Shown in pieces: positions 29,930-37,849 of a stretch of DNA of 64,000 nucleotides; the stretch's first letter is position 1, and every line of letters starts with the position of its first letter. Made by a program: the position numbers and the translations under genes. Source of the DNA: Nitrospirota bacterium (GTDB lineage Bacteria > Nitrospirota > UBA9217). Where the stretch lies: positions 1-64,000 of the forward strand of contig DASPSR010000061.1 in the NCBI GenBank assembly GCA_035623825.1, read 5' to 3'. The notes under the pieces were generated by a model. The model was not told the origin of the DNA, ran no database searches, and saw only the letters and a list, made by a program, of their open reading frames with translations.

Positions 29930-30190
29930 GTGAACGGACAGACCTTAGATGATAATGAGAAACAGAAGCGTAATCACCGACTTGCTATCGAGAACGTGGC
30001 GCAGGACCTTCAGTGCTCCAAAGAGAGTGTAATGACATTGTACGAGATCGTGTTGACGCGTTATATGCGAAAAGCCAGGATCAAGGATTTTGTTACGCCG
30101 CTGGTCATCAAACGCGTCAAAGAACTGCTTAAAGATGATACACCCCCATCTACCCTGGAAGGCAGGAGAAATCGTAACTCAGAATTTTGA
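29930..30190 (+). CDS. DUF3562-like small three-helix protein, copy 2
   Basis: HRLAIENVAQDL...LYE...ARIKDFVTPLVIKRVKELL; GAGGGGG SD; paralog of 22634..22861. Confidence 0.7.
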   Translation: MNGQTLDDNEKQKRNHRLAIENVAQDLQCSKESVMTLYEIVLTRYMRKARIKDFVTPLVIKRVKELLKDDTPPSTLEGRRNRNSEF

Positions 30191-30382
30191 TCATGACCGG
30201 AATGTTTCGTGAAAGCTGTCTTGACCGGGGTCTGAAACAGGTTGCGTTCTTGACATCATAAGGTTCGGAATCACTGCCAGTGGATGAAATAACGAAATAA
30301 AGGGAAGGGAATAATGAACCGTAGCTCCTGGAGAATCGTCGAAACAGGAGGGCAAGTGTAGATCATCTATCTGTCTGTTAGA

Positions 30383-30754
30383 TTAGAGCAATATAGCCAA
30401 GAATGACAATCCGGTTCCTTCGAGAGCGCTTCCAATAAACGCTCCAGTGACGGCTCTGGTCATCGCGTTATATGCCTTAGTTGTTGCTTGATGGATCACC
30501 TGATCATTGGTGATCGTTTTGTCGGGATGGTAGAAACCTACCCTCTCTAGAGCGCTCAGGATGTCCTGATGATTGATCTCCTTGGGATTGTAGTTGATCA
30601 AGAGACTGCCGGTAGTCGTATTGAAATCAGCTGTTCCGATACCATGTCCCATGTTCACGAGAGCCTTTTGTACATCATAATGAACCGCGCTGTTCTTGAA
30701 TAACGGATTTTTGATACGTAATCTGCCCGGAACGTTATGCACGTAATGGTTCAC
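30383..30754 (-). CDS. HMA2-domain protein with C-terminal GxxxG-like anchor
   Basis: YVHNVPGRLRIK...FNTTTGSLLINY; tail GAFIGSALEGTGLSFLAILL; AAGGAGG SD. Confidence 0.8.
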   Translation of the reverse strand: MNHYVHNVPGRLRIKNPLFKNSAVHYDVQKALVNMGHGIGTADFNTTTGSLLINYNPKEINHQDILSALERVGFYHPDKTITNDQVIHQATTKAYNAMTRAVTGAFIGSALEGTGLSFLAILL

Positions 30755-31037
30755 CAGGTAAGCCCTCCTTAAAAGAGATTTTAGTATATCCCTTGCAATT
30801 GGGGTAATCTGAGCACCTGAAGCGCATCACATGCGTTTCCCGCCTGTACACATGCATCGAGAGACCGCATGAGGGACACGTCGGTCGAGTTTTCGGTTCA
30901 AGGCGTTTAGAGCCGAGAAGAAACTGTCTGCCGCACATTATGCATTTGTAGCGTTGCCTCCCGTCATGCACATGACCATATCTATACAGCGCTTCTGAAC
31001 TACAAGCCGGGCATCTGTACGCGATCGCCGTTGCCAT
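30735..31037 (-). CDS. Double Zn-finger protein (InsA-like ribbon plus C4 finger), copy 2
   Basis: CPACSS...GRQRYKCIMC and CPSCGLSM...FRCSDYPNCK; GGAAGG SD before ATG 31037. Confidence 0.8.
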   Translation of the reverse strand: MATAIAYRCPACSSEALYRYGHVHDGRQRYKCIMCGRQFLLGSKRLEPKTRPTCPSCGLSMHVYRRETHVMRFRCSDYPNCKGYTKISFKEGLPGEPLRA

Positions 31038-31061
31038 AGTGTTTATCCTTCCCATGAAAAA

Positions 31062-31116
31062 ACAATACACTACATATGTTACAATTGTGTTACAACATAG
31101 TTAAATTTTTGTTACA
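31062..31116 (-). promoter_or_regulatory. Pho-box-like array (4 heptamers) plus -10
   Basis: Minus strand: TGTAACA-aaaa-TTTAACT-atgt-TGTAACA-caat-TGTAACA-(9 nt)-TATTGT. Confidence 0.8.
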
Positions 31117-31452
31117 GACGATCATAGCCGCTAAGGCTGCGTAGTTGCAGTAAAAAGGCGCTCGTAAAATAATAATGTCAGCTCATGATTTATTTCTCGA
31201 ATGGATGCTTGATCTGCTATAATTGTCGATACTGAAGCGGCAAACGAATTGCGCATATGAGAGGATTATGTCGGTGCCGTGAATTACCTTGTGATAGCCG
31301 GTGGTGATCCGTAGCAGACATGAGAGATCGGCACACTTTGTGTGATAATCGAATACGATCATCAGGGGCTGTTGCGGATAATGCGGTTATCAACTCATCA
31401 GATGGGCAATCGACTACGCTGCTCTGAGAAATTTATTAACAGGCGGGACTGG

Positions 31453-31731
31453 ATGCAAAGACATCGTATACTCAGTTATGCGAATATAGATAAAGCCAAG
31501 ATTGACGTGATGTTGAAAGAGTTGATCGCTCGTGGAGCCGCGGTTAGAGGGAAAAATCCATGGGACATCGACACGTATCATCACGGCGTAATATTAAGAG
31601 CCGAATGGAACGAGGCTGCTTCGACCTTGGCCGTATCCGTAACACACAATAACTGGTACATCTCACGCGAGACGATATGTGACCAGATCGACTCACTGAT
31701 GCATACTATCAAGGAGCCGGAAACGGTATGA
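31453..31731 (+). CDS. Small hypothetical protein
   Basis: ATG 31453 after AGGCGGGA; GKNPWDIDTYHHGVILRAEW looks like a conserved domain. Confidence 0.6.
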   Translation: MQRHRILSYANIDKAKIDVMLKELIARGAAVRGKNPWDIDTYHHGVILRAEWNEAASTLAVSVTHNNWYISRETICDQIDSLMHTIKEPETV

Positions 31732-31943
31732 ACCGTTAAGGAAAGGTCACGAGAATGTGTTATAAAAGAGGGAGGAGCGAAATGACCGGTTAAAAGGGCA
31801 ATATTAGCGGTCACGCAAAGATTCAAGCTCCGGGTTGATTGCGAAAGGGGTCTTTCTAATGGAGCCATCGTCTGAAGAAAAAGCAGTCTATCAAGAAAGA
31901 GTAAGAAGCAATATGCATGACGCGATAGCTCTCGATGGCGGAA

Positions 31944-33701
31944 TTAATTTAAATAGATTTTTGCCTTCGTTCCTTTCCCATGCGTGCTTTCGATCTTAAT
32001 ATCCCAGCCGTGCGCTTTCACGAGGTGTTTCACGATCGCAAGGCCGAGGCCGGTTCCCCCCATGTTCCGCGAGCGGCCCGGATCGACCCGGTAGAAACGC
32101 TCGCCGAGCCTCGGCAGATGTTTTTGCGGGATCCCAATGCCGGTATCTACTACGAATAAATAGATCCTTCCGTTTTCGTTTGCGTCTCCAAACGTTACAC
32201 TGCCCGTTTCGGTGAACTTGATAGCATTGTCCACGAGGTTGGTTAGAATCTGGATGAGCCGGTCCCGATCGGCTTCAATGGTTCTGGGCTCAGGAAGGAC
32301 CTGCGTTTTGATCGCAAGGTTCTTTGCCTTAGCCTTGTCCCCAAGCACAGTCAAGACGTGCTCCGTGACATCCTTTATATCGACGCTCGATTTTTGAACC
32401 TTGATGACGCCCAGTTCGAGTTTCGAAATAGTCATAAGATCATCCACAAGACTGTTGATCCGCTCGCTGTTGGCCTTGATGGTCTGCAGAAATTTGACGG
32501 CATGATCGCGGTCATCGATAGCGCCTTCCAGCAGCGTATCGGCAAAACCTTGAATGGCGGTGATCGGGGTCTTTATCTCGTGGGAGATGTTGGCGACGAA
32601 ATCCTTTCTGGTCTGTTCGAGCCTTTTCAGCTGTGTGATGTCATGGAATATGGCGACAAACCCTGAGAGTTCCCGTTCGGTATAAAAAAGAGGGGATACC
32701 TGGACGACGCAATGCTGCTCCAGGGGAGAATCGATCGTTATCTCGGCGCTGGCTGCCCTTTCTTCCTTCCGCACCGTTTCCATGAGCGACAGGAAATCGC
32801 TGCTCCTGACGACCTCGATGAAGGGTTTTCCCTGGAGAGCGATGTCGCCAAACAGTTTTCTCGCCGCGACGCTGGACAGCATGATCATGCCCTTTGCATC
32901 GATGATGAACAGGGCATCGGGAATGTTCCTGAGTATCATGCTCAGGCGATGCTGTTCCTCCTCATGGCAGACTATGCTGTTTTTAAGTTCCTCGGACATT
33001 GCATTAAGGCTCTCGGCAATCTCGTCGAACTCTCCCGCACGGCTAAGAAACAGTTTTTTACCGACTTCGCCTCGGGAAAGTGATCTGGCAAAATCCCTAA
33101 TCTGCCGCGTTAGCTTCCGGATATGTTCCATTTGCCAAAGCAAGAAGATGCCGGTAGCCAAAAGGACAGAAAAGACAATGGAAAGGATCTTGAACCTGAG
33201 GATGTTAATCGACGCATCGACGTCTTTGAGCGGAATGCTTAGGCGGATGAATCCTTCAGGGCCTGCTCCTCTCTCGACTTTGATTGCGACATAGAGGAAG
33301 TTATATTTCATGGTGTCGCTGAACCGGATGGCATTGCCCGTACCGCTCAAGGACGCCTGCTGGATCTCCTGCCGGTGCCCATGATTGTCCATAAGTGAAG
33401 AATCATTATCAGAGTCGCCGATGACCCTTCCGTTGAGTGCAATGAGCGTGACCCGTGAGCCCGTCCTTGCCTTGAGCTTTCGGCAAAGGTCATCGAGGGG
33501 CGATGGCGCGTTCAAGGATATGGTGCTTGAGATGAGGTTCGCCTGAACAGCGAGGTTGTTTTGAAGACCCTCGACATATCTCTCCCGGACCGCGCTGGTG
33601 ATGAACAGTTCGGTAATAAGCGCCGCAAGGATCATGATGATTGCATAGATGATGAAGATCCGCCGAAAGATACTCGGCTTATGAATGTGGTTATTCGACA
33701 T
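31944..33701 (-). CDS. phoR: Phosphate regulon sensor histidine kinase (2 TM, HAMP, PAS, HisKA, HATPase)
   Basis: MDNHGHRQEI periplasmic motif, RKDFVANISHEIKTP, RFYRVDPGRSRNMGGTGLGLAIVKH; overlaps the phoB end. Confidence 0.85.
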   Translation of the reverse strand: MSNNHIHKPSIFRRIFIIYAIIMILAALITELFITSAVRERYVEGLQNNLAVQANLISSTISLNAPSPLDDLCRKLKARTGSRVTLIALNGRVIGDSDNDSSLMDNHGHRQEIQQASLSGTGNAIRFSDTMKYNFLYVAIKVERGAGPEGFIRLSIPLKDVDASINILRFKILSIVFSVLLATGIFLLWQMEHIRKLTRQIRDFARSLSRGEVGKKLFLSRAGEFDEIAESLNAMSEELKNSIVCHEEEQHRLSMILRNIPDALFIIDAKGMIMLSSVAARKLFGDIALQGKPFIEVVRSSDFLSLMETVRKEERAASAEITIDSPLEQHCVVQVSPLFYTERELSGFVAIFHDITQLKRLEQTRKDFVANISHEIKTPITAIQGFADTLLEGAIDDRDHAVKFLQTIKANSERINSLVDDLMTISKLELGVIKVQKSSVDIKDVTEHVLTVLGDKAKAKNLAIKTQVLPEPRTIEADRDRLIQILTNLVDNAIKFTETGSVTFGDANENGRIYLFVVDTGIGIPQKHLPRLGERFYRVDPGRSRNMGGTGLGLAIVKHLVKAHGWDIKIESTHGKGTKAKIYLN

Positions 33702-34395
33702 AGTAGCCAACCCCCCTCCGGGTCCTGATATATACAGGATTAGAGGGGTCATTTTCAATCTGGGTCCTCAGCCGTCGTATGTGCACATCAACGGTCCTCG
33801 GTTCAACGTAGGACTCGTCCTTCCAGACAGCGTCGAGCAGCTGTTCACGGCTGAAGACCCTGCCCTTTCTCTCGGCCAGAAACAGGAGTAATTTGAACTC
33901 TGTTGCGCTGAGGTGCAAGGGGGCATCAGCCTTGGTCACCTGATAGGTCTCTGCGTTGATACGCAGATCGCCGATGTTAATGACCTTGTCCTTCGTCACG
34001 CCTTCGCCGGTCCTTCGGAGGATGGCCTTCACTCGCGCAACGAGCTCCTTTGGACTGAAGGGTTTTGCCATATAGTCGTCGGCGCCGGTTTCGAGGCCGC
34101 GTACCCTGTCCGATACTTCACCCCTGGCGGTCAGCATGATGATGGGGATGGCTTCTGTTTTTGGATTGCTCCTGAGCATGCGGCAGAGCTCAACGCCCTG
34201 GATGCCCGGGAGCATGAGATCGAGGATGATTAGGTCAAATTGCCCCTTGCGGACCTTTTCGAGAGCATCCTCGCCGTCAGGGGCAGTGAAAACTTTAAAA
34301 CCCTCTTTTTTGAGATTATATGAGACTAGTTCTACGAGATCAGGTTCATCATCCACTACCAATATCTTTCTTGCATTCATACTGAACGTCCTCAT
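33691..34395 (-). CDS. phoB: Phosphate regulon response regulator (OmpR family)
   Basis: Receiver motifs VVDDE, LDLMLP and KPF; recognition helix RTVDVHIRRLR as in PhoB/PhoP. Start may be 34380. Confidence 0.85.
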   Translation of the reverse strand: MRTFSMNARKILVVDDEPDLVELVSYNLKKEGFKVFTAPDGEDALEKVRKGQFDLIILDLMLPGIQGVELCRMLRSNPKTEAIPIIMLTARGEVSDRVRGLETGADDYMAKPFSPKELVARVKAILRRTGEGVTKDKVINIGDLRINAETYQVTKADAPLHLSATEFKLLLFLAERKGRVFSREQLLDAVWKDESYVEPRTVDVHIRRLRTQIENDPSNPVYIRTRRGVGYYVE

Positions 34396-34444
34396 CTGTT
34401 TTTTACGTCACTAATTTTGGAAAAGTGTCGCTCCAATTTTTGTA

Positions 34445-34473
34445 ATTATTGCTCATTTCGCGGATTTTGTCAA
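34445..34473 (-). promoter_or_regulatory. Possible sigma70 promoter of phoBR
   Basis: Minus strand TTGACA-17 nt-AATAAT; no heptamer array seen here. Confidence 0.45.
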
Positions 34474-34500
34474 AACCTCTTTTTGATGGGGGATGGAATC

Positions 34501-34537
34501 TATAAAACGATCATGACACACTTAGTATCATGATCGT
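34501..34537 (-). terminator. Hairpin, possible terminator of the STT3-like gene
   Basis: ACGATCATGA-11 nt-TCATGATCGT followed by TTTATA on the minus strand. Confidence 0.45.
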
Positions 34538-34670
34538 CATTGCACGCTATCGAGGAATGCAAGTCACGCAGCACCGCACGGAGATCGGGCAACGCAAAGG
34601 AATCGGTCGTCCTGACTAACAGTTGATCAAGAAAGTGCTGGGTCCGCGCCTTCGACCTGGTTCTCGTCCC

Positions 34671-36764
34671 TCAATGCCCCAAGGTGTCGCCGGTGACCTC
34701 CCAGATCTGATAAATGGGGCTGTAAAGAACAAGGGGTTGAAAGTACTTCCTGTCCGGTTGGTGCCGTACAAAGAGCTTATGGAACACTGAGTTGGTGAGC
34801 TCCGGGAGCGTGAGCACTGCTAAACGGCCTGGGAAGAAGATGTCCAATTCAGACCCCGACTCTCGGTACTTCTGAGTACCTTCATATATCATATTTCGGA
34901 AAAAGGCCTGGCTCAAGTTGACCTGACTCGAGCTGACCGTGGCAATCCCAATTTGCAGGTCCGCCTCTAATCCGCCTCCGCTTATATTCTGATCCGTGCC
35001 ATTCACCTCCTGAAAAACGAGGTAAGGTGCCACGTCGTTCCTCAGATGCCCAGGACGCCAAGTGCCCGGACGGTACCAGCCATCAAACGAACGCAACAGG
35101 CTGAATTCAAGAAAGAGAAAAATCCTTCGGTTAGATTGCGGAAAGAGGAATGACTCCCAAGATCGGCTACCGGCCGGAGGCTCTTGCAATCCTGCGGTTG
35201 CAATGATTTGACCGGCTTTGGAAGGACCTGCAGCCAGGGCTTCTATTAATGTGTCAAACTTCTTGGCTGGTCCCCCCGATCGCGCCCAAAAATCTATCAG
35301 CCCCTGCTCTCCCCGGTTCGCGTAAAATTGGATCCAATTCGCAGCCAGTCGAAAATCATCAGTGGCAAAAGGAATTGCATTGGCCACCACTGCCTGTCCG
35401 TTCCCGCCAATGCCTCCGTCCGCAACAGGTGTCCTTCCCGACTCATAGGCGACGGGATAGCCCACGCTCCAACCGCACCAGATCAAAGAGCCCTCGGGTG
35501 TGAGTTTTCCCACCTTCGCGATCCCCTCCATGATCTGCGGATCAACATAGGGCCAGATAACGCCGACGGGGATTTGATTGATTAAAACCAGACCGGTTAT
35601 TACTCCGGCGGCGGCGGGATCGGCCCAACGCCAGGGGGAGGCAGCGAAGCGTTGCCATACCTCGGATACAAGGACTCCTGAGCCGAGTGCCAGGAGGGGA
35701 GACAAAAAAATTATAAATCGCTGCCCCGTAAAGAATATCAAAACCCCAATCGAGGCGAGGGGCAGCAGTACGATCGCGTCGCGCCACTTTTTTCGCAGAA
35801 TAAGCACTACGCCAAGAACTCCAACCAGGAACCCGACAACGCTGCCGCTTGTCATGCGCGCAATGTAGGTGAAATCATGCTTCTCCAATTCCGACAGAAA
35901 AAGGGATGGGCTTGGAAACGGGCTTTTTTCGCGGACAAAGACAACATCAGAGAGAATTTTGATCTGCTGGAGCAAGCCTGATACTCCATAGATCGCGATC
36001 GCGGCAGCCAGAATGATCCCCGATGAAAAAAGCAGCCACAATTTCCTCCTGTTGAGTGATCCTTCAGAGGTTATTAGGGAGAGGACAATAGGTACGACTG
36101 AAAGGTACACGACCATAATAGCATTGGTATCCCAGGACCAATAAAGCAGACAGCCTAATCCAGCCAAAAAAGTCGAGAACAACAGCACTTTTGCCATATC
36201 GCGCTCACGAATACGTAATGATGCCCAGGCAATCCACAAGCTCAATGGGACTATCAGACAGTCGGTATCATAAAACGCGAATCCTGACCGGTACACCCAG
36301 AGAGGGGCCATAGTTCCGATTAGGCCGGCGAAAGCGCCTGCAATCCAGCTACCTCCAACATCCGCTGCAAGGAGATAGAGCGGGATTGCCGCCGATGTTC
36401 CGAGAACAACAGGTATCCAGGCGGCACACCATTCAAGGGACACCCCAGTCACCCTTGACAACGTAGCAGCGAGTAACGAAAGGAGAGGCGACAAATACGG
36501 AAACGGTTCCGGATCGTTGGCGACGACATCAGATCGGCCGGCTTTTCTTTCGTTCATATCCCTCGCCAGGCCCAGATAGTGATAACCGTCGCATTCTCTT
36601 AAAACCGGCGACCCTTTGTAAAAAGCCTGTTCCGGGGCCTTCTCCCAGGCATGCCAGACGGATGCTCGCTGTCCGGCTCCCGCAGCCAAAATTCCGATAA
36701 GACACAGAACAGGCAGCGCTCTCTGCAGGAGAAACGTTCCAGTGAGGTCACTTTTCTTTATCAT
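34671..36764 (-). CDS. STT3/PglB-like GT-C glycosyltransferase (oligosaccharyltransferase-like)
   Basis: DGYHYL, YRSGFAFYDTD, SELE, QRFIIFLSP, IWCGWSVGYP...TPVADGG; about 11-13 TM segments plus a periplasmic domain. Confidence 0.8.
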   Translation of the reverse strand: MIKKSDLTGTFLLQRALPVLCLIGILAAGAGQRASVWHAWEKAPEQAFYKGSPVLRECDGYHYLGLARDMNERKAGRSDVVANDPEPFPYLSPLLSLLAATLSRVTGVSLEWCAAWIPVVLGTSAAIPLYLLAADVGGSWIAGAFAGLIGTMAPLWVYRSGFAFYDTDCLIVPLSLWIAWASLRIRERDMAKVLLFSTFLAGLGCLLYWSWDTNAIMVVYLSVVPIVLSLITSEGSLNRRKLWLLFSSGIILAAAIAIYGVSGLLQQIKILSDVVFVREKSPFPSPSLFLSELEKHDFTYIARMTSGSVVGFLVGVLGVVLILRKKWRDAIVLLPLASIGVLIFFTGQRFIIFLSPLLALGSGVLVSEVWQRFAASPWRWADPAAAGVITGLVLINQIPVGVIWPYVDPQIMEGIAKVGKLTPEGSLIWCGWSVGYPVAYESGRTPVADGGIGGNGQAVVANAIPFATDDFRLAANWIQFYANRGEQGLIDFWARSGGPAKKFDTLIEALAAGPSKAGQIIATAGLQEPPAGSRSWESFLFPQSNRRIFLFLEFSLLRSFDGWYRPGTWRPGHLRNDVAPYLVFQEVNGTDQNISGGGLEADLQIGIATVSSSQVNLSQAFFRNMIYEGTQKYRESGSELDIFFPGRLAVLTLPELTNSVFHKLFVRHQPDRKYFQPLVLYSPIYQIWEVTGDTLGH

Positions 36765-36794
36765 GTGTGTCCTTTCTTTTTCTCCCTAATGCTC

Positions 36795-37849
36795 TTACAT
36801 GGGAAAAGCAGGAACTCCTTGCTTTTGGAACCTGACCAGATAGAGCAAGATCAGCATTGGAACCAGATACTGTCCGATAACGACCAATGCGAGGTCAGTC
36901 TTCTGTAGCATTGTGAAATGAAACAAAGCCATAAGCGCATTGTCGATTCTATGAAACAGATGGATCAGAAACAGGACGCCGATGCCGCTCCAAGGAGACG
37001 GATCCTTTGTCGCCAGGGTATCGAGGAGGCGGCAAGAACCAGAGAGACGGCGATGACGATACTGAAGGTTTCATAGTACACCGCGGTTTCGTGCGCAAGC
37101 CCTGCAGGACGGCCGAACAGGGATAATCCGAAGACCATCAGCCGGTCAAGGAGCAGTATATATCCATGATTAAGCCTGAGCCAGACCAGGAATACGATTG
37201 ACGAAATCAATCCAAAGCGGGTCAGCAAACCCGTCGTGTCCGGTGACGAGCCCTCCCTTGTTCCACACCTCTCGGCAGATCTCATCCAGAGGATGCAGCA
37301 TGAGAGCACAAGAAGCAGGGTAAATACCTGACCAAGATATACGTGGGTCACATCAAAGAGCCGGATGTCATATCGGCTTATGACGAACGTAGCCACCAGC
37401 CGGAACACGTTGCCTAGATACAATACGGGGATTCCCCAAGCCAGGGCCGTCCCCTTTTGCCGCCACGATGAAGGATGAAACGCCACAAAGCAAACGAAAA
37501 GGATTGACGCGAAAATGGGCGTGCACTCAGGAATGATCCGGACAGCCAGTCCATTTTCTGAAACCACGTCGCCGGCAGTCGAAGCGGTAAAGCCCATGGC
37601 ATTCAGTACCAGACCAAGCATGGAGGCGGTATGTTCGTTAAAGGGTCTTGTAAACGACGACGGCAGCGCGTGAATGAGCGCATAGAGGCCGATACAGGCA
37701 AGGGTGAAGGCCGCGATTGCACGCAAACGGCCATAACGTGCCGCCTCCAATACGGTATTGTCCGGTGCATCCTCTCTGATGACGAGTGCCCTTTTTTTGT
37801 CGCGACGATGTCTTGATTTTCGCTTACCCATTATCGTCCTGGGGGTCAC
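36795..37849 (-). CDS. xrtH: Exosortase H-like protein with a C-terminal membrane extension interrupted by a 1-nt frameshift near 36987
   Basis: Catalytic triad IPECT / GNVFRL / THVYLGQ; adjacent IPTL-CTERM substrate. The ORF stops at 36965 but another frame continues GIGVLFLIHLFHRIDN...IGQYLVP to TAA 36795. Confidence 0.75.

Noticed and set aside
22228-31037. Composite IS1 transposon bounded by two insA-like genes
   Set aside because: No insB/DDE domain, no terminal inverted repeats or target duplication seen, and the two copies are highly diverged.
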